Part shown: piece by piece, positions 32,020-42,680 of the stretch
How positions within the stretch are numbered: position 1 is the first letter of the stretch
Layout of the letters: the number at the start of each line of letters is the position of its first letter
Assembly (NCBI GenBank): GCA_002353935.1
Contig: DEKP01000043.1
Location: 1 to 58,555, forward strand
Reading direction: 5' to 3'
DNA from: Ruminococcaceae bacterium UBA2719
GTDB taxonomy: Bacteria > Bacillota > Clostridia > Oscillospirales > Acutalibacteraceae
Length of the DNA: 58,555 nucleotides
The notes under the pieces: generated by a model
What the model was told of the DNA's origin: nothing
What the model saw: only the letters and a program-made list of their open reading frames with translations
Databases searched by the model: none
Made by a program: the position numbers and the translations under genes

Positions 32020-32142
32020 TTATGAGCATAATTAAACCGACTGAAGTTAAAGATTTAATTTCAGCCGGTTTAATATTTATAGAAATTATTATTGTTTATT
32101 CCCTATATAGACAAAATTTGAGACAGCTTTTTCCGTTATATT

Positions 32143-33423
32143 TTATCCAATTTTTGTCTTTGAACCCATATAAGGCTGTAAGGCTTTTGGAATATTTATC
32201 GTCATATCTTCATTTAAGTTGTTTTCTAAAAATGCTATCAGCATTCTTGGCGGAGCTACAACGGTATTATTTAGAGTATGAGCCAAATATTTTTTGCCGT
32301 CCTTTGCATGAACGCGTATTTTCAGCCTTCTTGCCTGAGCATCTCCCAAATTTGAACAAGAGCCTACTTCAAAATATTTCTTTTGTCTGGGTGACCACGC
32401 TTCAACATCTATACTCTTTACCTTTAAATCTGCCAAATCTCCCGAACAGCACTCCAAAGTGCGCACCGGAATATCTAAAGATCTGAAAAAGTCAACGGTA
32501 TTCTGCCACAATTTGTTAAACCACATCATTGAATCTTCGGGCTTGCATACAACTACCATCTCTTGCTTTTCAAACTGATGAATACGATATATTCCGCGCT
32601 CTTCTATTCCGTGAGCGCCTTTTTCTTTTCTAAAACAGGGCGAATAAGAAGTCAAAGCATACGGCAAATTATCCTCATCATGAATAGTATCAATGAATTT
32701 ACCTATCATTGAATGCTCGGACGTTCCGATAAGATACAAATCTTCATCCTCTATTTTATACATCATGGCGTCCATCTCGGCAAAGCTCATAACACCCGTT
32801 ACAACATTAGATCTTATCATATACGGCGGAATACAATATGTAAAGCCTCTGTCAATCATAAAATCACGCGCATAAGACAGCACCGCGGAATGCAGTCTTG
32901 CTATATCTCCCATTAAATAGTAAAATCCGTTTCCTGCAACCTTTCTTGCAGAGTCCAGATCTATTCCGTTCAATTTTTCAATAATATCCGTATGATACGG
33001 AATTTCAAAATCCGGTACCTTTGGCTCGCCAAAACGCTCCACCTCTACGTTTTCACTGTCGTCTTTTCCTATCGGCACGCTCTTATCAATGATATTGGGT
33101 ATAATCATCATGATATTTTTTATTTTTTCAGACAGCTCTGATTCTTTTTCTTCAAGCTCTTTGAGCTTTTCTCCCTGGTCGCTGACTAGTTTTTTGAGCC
33201 GCTCCGCCTCTTCTTTTTCTCCATGAGCAAAGCAGACGCCTATTTGCTTTGAATATTTGTTTCTGCTTGCACGCAGATCGTCAGCCTCAGCCTTGGTTTT
33301 TCTTGATTCAACATCAAGCTCTATAACTTCATCTACCAACGGAAGTTTTTTGTCCTGAAACTTATTTTTTATGTTTTGCTTAACAATATCCGGGTTTTCT
33401 CTCAAAAATTTAATATCAATCAT
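32143..33423 (-). CDS. serS: Seryl-tRNA synthetase
   Basis: N-terminal coiled-coil arm; class II aaRS motifs; 426 aa; start overlaps parB stop. Confidence 0.95.
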   Translation of the reverse strand: MIDIKFLRENPDIVKQNIKNKFQDKKLPLVDEVIELDVESRKTKAEADDLRASRNKYSKQIGVCFAHGEKEEAERLKKLVSDQGEKLKELEEKESELSEKIKNIMMIIPNIIDKSVPIGKDDSENVEVERFGEPKVPDFEIPYHTDIIEKLNGIDLDSARKVAGNGFYYLMGDIARLHSAVLSYARDFMIDRGFTYCIPPYMIRSNVVTGVMSFAEMDAMMYKIEDEDLYLIGTSEHSMIGKFIDTIHDEDNLPYALTSYSPCFRKEKGAHGIEERGIYRIHQFEKQEMVVVCKPEDSMMWFNKLWQNTVDFFRSLDIPVRTLECCSGDLADLKVKSIDVEAWSPRQKKYFEVGSCSNLGDAQARRLKIRVHAKDGKKYLAHTLNNTVVAPPRMLIAFLENNLNEDMTINIPKALQPYMGSKTKIG

Positions 33424-34283
33424 ATTTTCTCCTCTAATCTGTTTGCTATATCTTTCAAATCTTCGTCAGAATAAAATTCTATGCTGATCATGCCGCCCTT
33501 TTTGTTTTTAGACGGCGTTACAATTACCTTTTTGCCTAGATATTCACTAAGCGTAAGCTCAACCTCGCTGAAATATGAAGATTTTGATATAGATTTTTTG
33601 CTTTTTTTAGGCTTGTCTTGCAAAAGCTTTTTGCACAAGCTCTCGGTTTCTCTAACACTGAGGTTTTTTTCTGCAACTTCTTTTGCAGCAAATAAGATAA
33701 GTTCGTCATTTTCAAGTGAGAGCAGTGCGCGCGCATGTCCGGCGCTCAGTTTATTCTCTTTTAACAGCTCTTTTACCTCATCGGGCAAAGCTAAAAGACG
33801 TATGGTATTTGCAACAGCACTCCTGGATTTTCCCACTGTTTTCGCTACTTGTTCCTGAGACAAACTATAATCATCTATTAAAGATTTGTAACCCTGGGCT
33901 TCTTCAAGCGGCGACAGGTTTTCCCTCTGCAGGTTTTCAATCAGCGCCAGTTCCATAGTCTGTTCATCGGAAAGCTCCCTGATCATAACCGGAATTTCAG
34001 AAAGCCCTGCTAAACGACTTGCTCTGTATCTGCGCTCGCCCGCAACTATCTGATATCCTCCGCCAATCAGCGGACGCACTAAAATCGGCTGTAAAACTCC
34101 GTGCTCTTGTATACTGTCACTAAGCTCCTTTAAGCTTTCGTCATCAAAATCTTTACGCGGTTGCGCTCGGTTTGGCTCTATATCTGAAATGTTGAGCATA
34201 ACAACTTCAGATTGATCTTCGGTTTCATTTTCAATAAAAATCGCGCTTAAACCTTTTCCCAGTCCGCCCTTTCTTTTGTTCAT
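33420..34283 (-). CDS. parB: Chromosome partitioning protein ParB (Spo0J)
   Basis: ParB box GERRYRA; HTH; N-terminal GLGKGLSAI motif. Confidence 0.9.
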   Translation of the reverse strand: MNKRKGGLGKGLSAIFIENETEDQSEVVMLNISDIEPNRAQPRKDFDDESLKELSDSIQEHGVLQPILVRPLIGGGYQIVAGERRYRASRLAGLSEIPVMIRELSDEQTMELALIENLQRENLSPLEEAQGYKSLIDDYSLSQEQVAKTVGKSRSAVANTIRLLALPDEVKELLKENKLSAGHARALLSLENDELILFAAKEVAEKNLSVRETESLCKKLLQDKPKKSKKSISKSSYFSEVELTLSEYLGKKVIVTPSKNKKGGMISIEFYSDEDLKDIANRLEEKI

Positions 34284-34284
34284 C

Positions 34285-35049
34285 TCAACTCTCCTTTTTT
34301 ATAATCTCAGCAGCCAAATCCAAATAAGCCGCCGCTCCTTTATTAGTCTTATCATAATACATAATCGGCATACCGTATGAAGGCGCTTCGCTCAAACGAA
34401 CCGTGCGCGGTATTACCGTAGAAAACACCTTTTTGGGAAAATATTGCTTAACTTCATTTACAACTTGCTGGGTTAAATTGAGCCTTCCGTCATACATCGT
34501 CAGCAAAACGCCCTCTATATACAAAAGATTGTTTGTCTGTCTTTTTACTCGTCTGACGGTATTCATCAGCTGGCTTAATCCCTCGAGAGCATAATATTCA
34601 CATTGTATCGGCACAATTATACTGTCTGCTGCGGTAAGAGCGTTGGTTGTAATCAGTCCTAAGGACGGCGGACAATCAATAATAACGTAATCATAGTTTT
34701 GTTTTATCTTGAGCAACCCGCGTTTTAATCTGTTTGCACGCTCAGGCATGTCCATCATTTCAAATTCAGCAGCTGCTAAATCTATTCCCGAAGGCAAAAC
34801 ATCCAAACAATTGTATTTTGTATGTACAACGATTTCCTGAGCCTCTTTGTCGCTTACCAGCAAATCATAGGTAGTCGCAATAACTCCTCTTTTATCTATT
34901 CCCACTCCGCTGGTCGCATTTCCCTGGGGATCAACATCGACAAGCAACGTTTTTTTACCCTGAAAACCAAGCCCTGCAGCTATATTTACGGCAGAAGTTG
35001 TTTTTCCTACGCCGCCTTTTTGGTTAGCGACCGCAATGACCTTTGCCAA
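34285..35049 (-). CDS. parA: Chromosome partitioning ATPase ParA (Soj)
   Basis: Deviant Walker A KGGVGKTT; 254 aa; immediately upstream of parB. Confidence 0.9.
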   Translation of the reverse strand: MAKVIAVANQKGGVGKTTSAVNIAAGLGFQGKKTLLVDVDPQGNATSGVGIDKRGVIATTYDLLVSDKEAQEIVVHTKYNCLDVLPSGIDLAAAEFEMMDMPERANRLKRGLLKIKQNYDYVIIDCPPSLGLITTNALTAADSIIVPIQCEYYALEGLSQLMNTVRRVKRQTNNLLYIEGVLLTMYDGRLNLTQQVVNEVKQYFPKKVFSTVIPRTVRLSEAPSYGMPIMYYDKTNKGAAAYLDLAAEIIKKES

Positions 35050-35138
35050 AAAATCACCTTTTCTTCTTTTATCTATTTTTATTATTCTATCATATACAAA
35101 GAAACATTTAAAGTGTTTTTAAAAATTTATTTTATATA

Positions 35139-35154
35139 TGTTTCACGTGAAACA
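35139..35154. promoter_or_regulatory. parS site (perfect TGTTTCACGTGAAACA palindrome) about 90 bp upstream of soj
   Basis: Exact 16-bp match to the Firmicutes parS consensus. Confidence 0.75.
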
Positions 35155-35604
35155 TTTTTTGTCGTTTTATGTAAGTCTACAATAAAAATCATAAAAAGCG
35201 CTAACAGCCGCGTGGGGTAATACGCGACTGTCAGCAAGGGGTTCAGATAAGGAAATGGGTATGAGTGGATAGATGCTTTCGCATCTTTGGGGAAAGCTAA
35301 TTAATGTGTCACTTTTTGTGACTGTTATCTAAACATATTCTATTTATTATACTAATATTCAATAAAAAACTTTAAAACAGTTATTAGCGGAAATTCATGC
35401 GGAGCATGGATTGGGAGTCAGACAAGCTGATTCCTGTCAACCGGCTGTATTTTCGACACGGCTCAGCGCGTTAAGGAAAAGAGAAGCCACCGAACAAAGT
35501 CAAGAGTGAGTATATTCAATCACTCTTAGTGAGTACAACGAACAACGACGCCAACAAAGCTGTGTTTAATTTGCGCAATCAATGTTAAAGGTTTTTATAA
35601 AACA

Positions 35605-36477
35605 TCAGTATGCAGCAAACTCTGTTGCTTTAGGAATTTTTACGGTGTATTCTATATAATCATCGGTTTCACTTTTTCTTGATATTGCGTTTATACCCGA
35701 CAGGCGCATTGTATCGACTGCCTTATTTATAGTATTCACAAAAATTCGAACGTCTTTAACTATTACTTTTCGCTGTAATTGAGGCTTTGGCGGCTCGCTT
35801 ATTGAGTGTCGCATAAGCACGTCCGTTACAAAAGCTTCGCTTTGATTAACGCCCATGTTTTCTGTAATTATATGGCTTAGCACCTCGCGGCGCAGCGAAA
35901 TATCATTTATTCTAAGCAACGCTCTGGCGTGCCGTTCCGACAGGTTTGCAGTCATTATCCATTCTTGCTCTTCAAAGCTGAGTTTTAAAAGACGAAGCTT
36001 GTTTGCAATTGTTGACTGTTTTTTGCCAAGCTTTATTGCTGCTTGTTCCTGAGTTAATCCATACTTTCGTATCAGTCGAGCTATTCCTCTGGCTTGTTCA
36101 AACATCGACAAATCGCTTCTTTGCAGATTTTCTATCAATGCATATGTAGCACTTTCTTTGTCATTGCATTTCAGTATAACGCACGGCACCTTTGACATTC
36201 CTGCCATAATTGCCGCCCTGAGTCTGCGCTCTCCTGCAATCAATTCAAATTCTGTTTGATTTATTCGGCGGACAACAAGCGGCTGCAAGATTCCGTTCTC
36301 AACTATAGATTGGGAAAGACTTTTAAGCTGTTCTTCGTCAAAATTCCGCCTTGGCTGAGTTTTGTTTGGGCGAATCTGAATTGTTGATATCATTAGCACC
36401 TTGTTATCGTTCTTTGACAAGAAGCTCAATGTTGTCACCCCTTTGTTCAGGTTGTCCCTGCAATATGATAATACCAA
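35605..36477 (-). CDS. noc: Nucleoid occlusion protein Noc (ParB paralog)
   Basis: ParB-like N-domain and HTH. Sits between rsmG and soj, as in Bacillus. Alternative start at the internal Met at 36393. Confidence 0.75.
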   Translation of the reverse strand: MVLSYCRDNLNKGVTTLSFLSKNDNKVLMISTIQIRPNKTQPRRNFDEEQLKSLSQSIVENGILQPLVVRRINQTEFELIAGERRLRAAIMAGMSKVPCVILKCNDKESATYALIENLQRSDLSMFEQARGIARLIRKYGLTQEQAAIKLGKKQSTIANKLRLLKLSFEEQEWIMTANLSERHARALLRINDISLRREVLSHIITENMGVNQSEAFVTDVLMRHSISEPPKPQLQRKVIVKDVRIFVNTINKAVDTMRLSGINAISRKSETDDYIEYTVKIPKATEFAAY

Positions 36478-36602
36478 ACATCAGGGGCGAACTTTGTCGT
36501 TATCGCACCGAATTTTATATATCTTTTTGAATGAATATAAAAAAAACGCAGATTTTGTGTCGAAAACCTAAAAATCTGCGTTTCATTTTTAAATATTAAT
36601 CT

Positions 36603-37334
36603 TTAAAGCGGCTTTGATTTTATCTTTGCGCTTGTCCTGGGATAATCCTTTTTTGTCGCACTTTTCTTATTTATAGCTACTATTGTACGTATTCCCGCAT
36701 CTGATAATTCAAATTCATTAATACTCGAGATTTTTCCGGACAATAAATTGATAGCCTCTTTAGCTTGAACAATTTCTTCTTCTGCACACGCTGCCTTCAT
36801 AGCTATAAAATATCCCCCAACCTTTACATACGGCAGACAATATTCGGACAATACATTTAACCTAGCTACTGCTCTTGACACTGAAAAATCAAATTGTTCT
36901 CTGTATTCTTGTTTTCTTGAACCTTCCTCAGCTCTCATGTGCACAGTTTTAACTTCTTCCAACTCTAATTTTTCACACACATCGGATAAAAAAATCAACC
37001 TCTTATTCAAGCTGTCAAGAAGCGTCAGTTTTATATCAGGACGAGCTATTTTTAAAACAAGACCCGGAAAACCCGCTCCCGTTCCTACATCAATAATTTT
37101 TGAAAATTTTGGAACATCTATATATTTTAGTATAGTCAAGCTATCACAAAAATGCTTCAAAGCAACATCTTTTGGCTCAGTTATTGCTGTCAAGTTTATT
37201 TTTTGATTCCATTGTATAAGCAAATCATAGTACGTACACAAATTTTCTGCAGCTTTGTCATTAATTTTTATATCGAGCAAATTTAACTCTCTGATTAGAA
37301 TATCTTTAAATTTCGCCATTTTAATCTCCGTCAT
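36603..37334 (-). CDS. rsmG: 16S rRNA (guanine527-N7)-methyltransferase
   Basis: SAM-binding motif DVGTGAGFPG; 243 aa; GidB family. Confidence 0.9.
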   Translation of the reverse strand: MTEIKMAKFKDILIRELNLLDIKINDKAAENLCTYYDLLIQWNQKINLTAITEPKDVALKHFCDSLTILKYIDVPKFSKIIDVGTGAGFPGLVLKIARPDIKLTLLDSLNKRLIFLSDVCEKLELEEVKTVHMRAEEGSRKQEYREQFDFSVSRAVARLNVLSEYCLPYVKVGGYFIAMKAACAEEEIVQAKEAINLLSGKISSINEFELSDAGIRTIVAINKKSATKKDYPRTSAKIKSKPL

Positions 37335-39225
37335 TTGCTTTGTTTTCAGATTTATACTTCGTCTTAGCCAAATAAATCAACAGCACACTAATATCCGCAG
37401 GCGATACTCCGCTTATTCGGCTCGCCTGGCCTAAGGAACGAGGTTTTATTTTACCCAGTTTTTCCTGAGCTTCAAGCCGCAATCCAACTATCTTGCGATA
37501 GTCAATATCATCGGGCAAAAGCTTGTTCTCCATTTTTCGCATAGCTTCTACTGCTGCGAGCTGCTTTTTTATATATCCGTCATATTTTACAGCTATTTCT
37601 ACCTGCTCAAATATACTTTGATCTAGCTGGGGCCGTGTTGTATCAACATCTTTGAGTATATCATAACTCAGCTCAGGACGTTTTAACAGATCTATCAGCC
37701 TGATACCTGTTTTTACATCTGATGTTTCACGTGAAACAAGTATCTCGCTTAGGCGTTCTGATGGCGATATAACTGTGTTTTTTACACGCTGCATTTCACG
37801 CTCAATTTGTTCTTGCTTATTAAGAAAGCGTAAATAACGGCTTTCGCTAATAAGACCTAGCTTATATCCAAACGGAGTAAGTCTTATATCCGCATTATCC
37901 TGGCGCAAGATTAATCTGTATTCGCTTCTCGAAGTCATCATTCTGTATGGTTCGTTTGCGCCCTTTGTAACCAAGTCGTCAATCAATGTGCCAATATAAG
38001 AACTCGCTCTATCTAAAACAAACGGCTCTTTGTTTTGAACTTTAAGCGCCGCGTTGATTCCGGCAATGAGTCCTTGTGCCGCAGCTTCTTCATAGCCTGA
38101 AGATCCGTTGAACTGACCTGCGCCGAAAAGCCCGGGGAAATCTTTAAACTCTAAAGTAGCTTTCATCGACAATGGATCAACGCATTCGTATTCAATAGCG
38201 TATGCCGGGCGCATAATCAAGGCGTTTTCCAGCCCTTTTATAGTATGATAAAACTGAAGTTGAACCTCTTCGGGCAAAGAAGACGACATTCCCTGAAGAT
38301 ACATTTCTTCTGTATCAATACCGCACGGCTCAATAAAAAGCTGATGTCTGGGCTTATCTTTAAATCTTACGATTTTATCCTCTAAGCTGGGACAATATCT
38401 GGGACCTACACCCTCGATTTTTCCTCCATAAAGCGGACTGCGCGATATATTATCCAAAATTATCTTTTTTGTATTTTCATTTGTCCAAGAAATATGGCAC
38501 ACAACTTTGTTTTCAAGTTTTTCATCAGTATCATATGAAAAGGGAATAACCGGTTCGTCGCCTTTTTGTTCTTCCAAATCAGAGAAATCTATTGATGACC
38601 TTTTTACTCTTGCAGGCGTTCCTGTTTTAAAACGTCTGGTTTTAAGTCCTAATTTTCTAAGGCTTTCTCCCAAAAAAGTTGCGGGAAAAATCCCGTCCGG
38701 TCCGCTCTCATATGAAACCTCGCCAACAAAAATTCTTCCGCCTAAATATGTACCCGTGGCGATTATTGCACATTTGGTTTTAAATATAGCCTGCATTCTC
38801 GTTGTTAAAAGCCACATTCCGTTTTCATCGCGGTCAATATCAATAATTTCAGCTTGTCTTAAATCAAGATTTTCTTGCAACTCGAGCTTGTGTTTCATAA
38901 CAGCTGAGTATTTTCTTCTGTCTATTTGTGCGCGCAAAGAATGTACCGCAGGTCCCTTTCCGAGATTTAACATACGCATTTGCAGCATACAGTCGTCGGT
39001 TGTTTTTCCCATTTCTCCGCCAAGAGCATCTATTTCTCGCACTAAATGACCTTTTGCAGTGCCTCCTATAGACGGATTGCAGGGGCAGTTACCGACAGCA
39101 TCCATATTTATTGTAAAAACAGCAGTTTTGCACCCAAGCCGTGCGCTCGCAAGTGCTGCTTCTATTCCTGCGTGACCCGCACCTATTATACAAACATCAT
39201 ATTCTCCTGCAAAATATGTTTTCAT
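37321..39225 (-). CDS. mnmG: tRNA uridine 5-carboxymethylaminomethyl modification enzyme MnmG (GidA)
   Basis: FAD dinucleotide-binding motif VCIIGAGHAG; 634 aa. Confidence 0.95.
   Translation of the reverse strand: MKTYFAGEYDVCIIGAGHAGIEAALASARLGCKTAVFTINMDAVGNCPCNPSIGGTAKGHLVREIDALGGEMGKTTDDCMLQMRMLNLGKGPAVHSLRAQIDRRKYSAVMKHKLELQENLDLRQAEIIDIDRDENGMWLLTTRMQAIFKTKCAIIATGTYLGGRIFVGEVSYESGPDGIFPATFLGESLRKLGLKTRRFKTGTPARVKRSSIDFSDLEEQKGDEPVIPFSYDTDEKLENKVVCHISWTNENTKKIILDNISRSPLYGGKIEGVGPRYCPSLEDKIVRFKDKPRHQLFIEPCGIDTEEMYLQGMSSSLPEEVQLQFYHTIKGLENALIMRPAYAIEYECVDPLSMKATLEFKDFPGLFGAGQFNGSSGYEEAAAQGLIAGINAALKVQNKEPFVLDRASSYIGTLIDDLVTKGANEPYRMMTSRSEYRLILRQDNADIRLTPFGYKLGLISESRYLRFLNKQEQIEREMQRVKNTVISPSERLSEILVSRETSDVKTGIRLIDLLKRPELSYDILKDVDTTRPQLDQSIFEQVEIAVKYDGYIKKQLAAVEAMRKMENKLLPDDIDYRKIVGLRLEAQEKLGKIKPRSLGQASRISGVSPADISVLLIYLAKTKYKSENKANDGD
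37723..37738. promoter_or_regulatory. Second parS site (TGTTTCACGTGAAACA) located inside the mnmG coding sequence
   Basis: Exact 16-bp palindrome identical to the site at 35139. Confidence 0.7.
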
Positions 39226-39407
39226 AGTGTTCCCTCAAAAATTTGTTTAATCTTTATTCGCGAATGTTTTTCAAGAAGATTTATTTACGTATGTTTTCTC
39301 GCGAAGATTTATTTGCAAGTATTTTCTATAAATTTTTATTACAAAGATAAAAATCTGTGTAAAAACTGCTTTGTATCATTTTTTACACAAAAAACGTCAC
39401 AGCAACC

Positions 39408-40772
39408 TTATTTTCCGACACAAAAAGTATGAAAGACCTGATCTATTATACTATCGGTTACATTTTCTCCCGTAAGCTCTGCAAGCGATGATATCGCGTC
39501 TTCTATACTTACCGTGACCGCATCGAGCGTTATACCCATATCAAGCGCATCTATTGCTTCTCTTATGCTTTTCTTTGCATTAAGTGTAAGCGATCTCTGG
39601 CGTTCATTATAAATCAAACTCTCGTTCTCGTCAAAATCGGTTATCTCACATACGCGTTCGATCTCTTTCTTTAAAACTTCAACATCATCAAATTTGGCGC
39701 TCATATAAACTTTACTTTTAACTTTACTTTCAATTTCTTTTGTATCAAGCTTTTTCTCCAAATCCGATTTATTAAAAATAGCAATTGAGTTTGTGCCGTC
39801 TATAAGAGATAAAATCTGTCTGTCTTCGTCACTCAAAGTCTCTGCCAAATCAAAAACGCATAATACCAAAGAGGCTGTTTTTAACCTTTCTTTAGCCTTA
39901 TCGACTCCGATTTGTTCTACCAAATCTTTGCTGTGCCTGATTCCTGCTGTATCTGATAGATTAAGAGTTATATTTCCAAGATTAACGTTTTCCTCAACTA
40001 TGTCTCGTGTAGTTCCCGGAATATCGGTAATGATACTTTTATCATACCCCGACAAAAGGTTCATCAAAGTACTTTTTCCGACGTTTGGCTTACCAACTAT
40101 GACAGTATTTATTCCGTCTTTGAGTATTTTTCCGTTATCATATTGTTCTAAAATAACTTCAAGTTTGTTTTCCGCTTCGGTTAAAGCTTCCTTTAGATTT
40201 GAAAAGCTTACCTGGGGTATATCTTCTTCAGGATAATCCGCCCAAGCGCATAAATGCGCCGCCTTTTGAGACAAGTCGCTTTTTATGTTTTGAATCCGTT
40301 TAGATAAAGCTCCCTCTTTAATTTTTACAGCGGCTTTCACAGCATTTTTTGATTTTGCATTAATAATATCCATTACCGCCTGAGCTTCAATCAAATCAAG
40401 TTTTGAATTCAAAAAAGCTCTTTTTGTAAATTCTCCGGCCTCTGCTGCAACCGCGCCGTTTTCAAAAAGAGTGCGCAAAACCTCTTTAGTAACACACAAG
40501 CCTCCGTGGCAACTCAGCTCAACTACATTTTCTCCTGTATAGCTGTGCGGTTCTAAAAAAACCGTAGCTATACACTCGTCTATCATCTCGCCGTTTGAAT
40601 ATATATTTCCAAAAGCTGCGGTATAGCCTTTCATTTCAAAAAGTTTTTTTCCGCTTTTAGCTTTAAAAACTCGATCACAAATTTCTATAGCTTTATTTCC
40701 CGAAACACGAATAACGGAAATTCCACTGTTTTGCATTGCCGTGGAAATAGCTGCAATTGTAGTATCAATCAT
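39408..40772 (-). CDS. mnmE: tRNA modification GTPase MnmE (TrmE)
   Basis: G1 GKPNVGKST; G-domain; C-terminal CxGK tail (FCVGK). ATG at 40772 (MIDTT) preferred over the TTG at 40790. Confidence 0.95.
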   Translation of the reverse strand: MIDTTIAAISTAMQNSGISVIRVSGNKAIEICDRVFKAKSGKKLFEMKGYTAAFGNIYSNGEMIDECIATVFLEPHSYTGENVVELSCHGGLCVTKEVLRTLFENGAVAAEAGEFTKRAFLNSKLDLIEAQAVMDIINAKSKNAVKAAVKIKEGALSKRIQNIKSDLSQKAAHLCAWADYPEEDIPQVSFSNLKEALTEAENKLEVILEQYDNGKILKDGINTVIVGKPNVGKSTLMNLLSGYDKSIITDIPGTTRDIVEENVNLGNITLNLSDTAGIRHSKDLVEQIGVDKAKERLKTASLVLCVFDLAETLSDEDRQILSLIDGTNSIAIFNKSDLEKKLDTKEIESKVKSKVYMSAKFDDVEVLKKEIERVCEITDFDENESLIYNERQRSLTLNAKKSIREAIDALDMGITLDAVTVSIEDAISSLAELTGENVTDSIIDQVFHTFCVGK

Positions 40773-40819
40773 AATTTCTCCATAAGTCAAAAAAGGCGGA
40801 CAAAAGTCCGCCCGATTTA

Positions 40820-41596
40820 TTATTTATCAATTCTGCCGTAAAGAGCAACGTCTGATCCTTCGTTTATTGGTTTTCTGTCAGCGTCTATCGTTTGTTTTTT
40901 TGGGCGGCCAGAACTATTTTTTTTATATGGTTTGCGTCCGCCTTTTGAATAATTTCTTTTGCTATTTGGATCGGGTGCAATTACAACATGTCTGGAAAGA
41001 TTTTCGCCCTCAGAATAAGATATTGCTCCGTTTATTTTTTGTACCGAAGTATGTATGATGCGTCTTTCATATGGATTCATAGGCTCAAGCGCACATTTTT
41101 TTCCGGTTTTTGCAACTTTTATAGCGAGTCTGCGACCCAAATTTTCTAAGGTTTTTTCACGCTTTTCTCTATAATCTCCGGTGTTGATACAAACTCTAGA
41201 GTATGAAGAATCTACTCGATTTGTAACTAAACAAGCCAGATACTGCAATGCGTCAAGTGTTTCTCCTCGTCTTCCTATGATAAATCCAACATCTTCGCCT
41301 TCAACATCAATATTAATAACATCATTTTCTTTTGTTGAACTGAGCGTTATATCTTCAAGCCCCATTAATTTAATTATTTCAGATAAAAATTCTTCTGCAA
41401 TCTGGTCAGGTTCTTGTTTTAAAGTGATTTTTACTTTTGCAGGACGTCCTCCAAAGATGCCAAGAACTTTTTTACTTTGCATTTCAAGAATTTCAAATTC
41501 AATTCTTTCGTCCAGCGGATCTACATTAAGCATTTTACAAGCATTTTCTTTAGCCTGATCTGTTGTATTTCCTGTAGCTATTGCTTCTCTTTTCAT
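40820..41596 (-). CDS. jag: RNA-binding protein Jag/KhpB (Jag-N, KH, R3H)
   Basis: KH and R3H (RRIIH) motifs; basic C-terminal tail; position after yidC. Confidence 0.85.
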   Translation of the reverse strand: MKREAIATGNTTDQAKENACKMLNVDPLDERIEFEILEMQSKKVLGIFGGRPAKVKITLKQEPDQIAEEFLSEIIKLMGLEDITLSSTKENDVINIDVEGEDVGFIIGRRGETLDALQYLACLVTNRVDSSYSRVCINTGDYREKREKTLENLGRRLAIKVAKTGKKCALEPMNPYERRIIHTSVQKINGAISYSEGENLSRHVVIAPDPNSKRNYSKGGRKPYKKNSSGRPKKQTIDADRKPINEGSDVALYGRIDK

Positions 41597-41633
41597 GGTT
41601 TCTCCTTTTTAATATAACTATCTTATATAAATA

Positions 41634-42644
41634 TTATTTCTTTTTCTTTTTAGATTTACTTTTTTGATTTGTATTGTTCTGAGGCGTTTGTAAAGGCACA
41701 TATTCATATTTGACCTTAGCTTCCTGAAGTTCAAGTAAGGCTACATGTTGTGCTTGTTGTTTTGCGGTAATCTGTTGAGCAGAAAACATTTTGTTCATTA
41801 TTACAGACTGTACAAAGCCTAAAACAGTTGAACAAATCCAGTAGAAACCAACAGCCGCCGGAACGGTATAAGCGATCCAAGCCGTAAGCAGAGGAAGAGC
41901 AAGCAAAGCATATTTCATACAACCTTGCTGATTGTTCATTGAACCGTTTGTTCTCATCATATAAATTTGAGATCCTACCGAAGTTACAAGACACAAGATA
42001 GGAATAATAATAACCCAAGATGTAAACATCGTACTTTTAGGGGTTGAAAGTAAGTCAAGTCCCAAAAAGTTAAATCCCGATGACAGCCCCTTGATCTTTT
42101 GAACATCGGCATCTGAAAGTGTTTTTAAAATGTCGGTATTTGACGTCAAAAGAGAATATGCTTTTGGACTGTTAAAAAGCCTTATAAGATCAATTTGTGA
42201 ATAAATACCGGAAGAATTCATTGATATACCCGGTATATGATTAATAGTTTCAAGTACAGACGTAACCTTGTCAGACGCTATATGAAGCATGTTTGAAATT
42301 GGACGAGATACAGAATAATAGATTCCCAGCATGACAAACATAGGAAACAAAGAAGTCAAACAACCTGAAAATGGGCTCGTCCCTTCTTTTTCATAGAGTT
42401 TTTGTACTTCTTCGTTATATCTGGCTTTATCATTACCGTATTTTTCTTTTAATTCGCGCTGTTTTGCCTGTAATCTTGAATTTGCTGCCATACTCTTTTG
42501 TTGCTTAAGAGAAGCCGGAAACAACACAATTTTAAATATTAAAGTAAATATTATAATAGCAACACCAAAATTAGGAACAACATAATATATTGCCCACAAA
42601 ATATATCCGAAAATGCTGCCTAAAAAGTTAAAAACAGTATACAT
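41634..42644 (-). CDS. yidC: Membrane protein insertase YidC/SpoIIIJ
   Basis: Five-TM core of YidC/Oxa1; basic K-rich C-terminus. Confidence 0.9.
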   Translation of the reverse strand: MYTVFNFLGSIFGYILWAIYYVVPNFGVAIIIFTLIFKIVLFPASLKQQKSMAANSRLQAKQRELKEKYGNDKARYNEEVQKLYEKEGTSPFSGCLTSLFPMFVMLGIYYSVSRPISNMLHIASDKVTSVLETINHIPGISMNSSGIYSQIDLIRLFNSPKAYSLLTSNTDILKTLSDADVQKIKGLSSGFNFLGLDLLSTPKSTMFTSWVIIIPILCLVTSVGSQIYMMRTNGSMNNQQGCMKYALLALPLLTAWIAYTVPAAVGFYWICSTVLGFVQSVIMNKMFSAQQITAKQQAQHVALLELQEAKVKYEYVPLQTPQNNTNQKSKSKKKKK

Positions 42645-42680
42645 ACTTTTAGCCTTTCTTTAAAGTTGATTATTACACAA

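Noticed and set aside
32022-32486. 154-aa plus-strand ORF
   Set aside because: Antisense to the 3' end of serS; it begins within the serS terminator hairpin; composition is atypical
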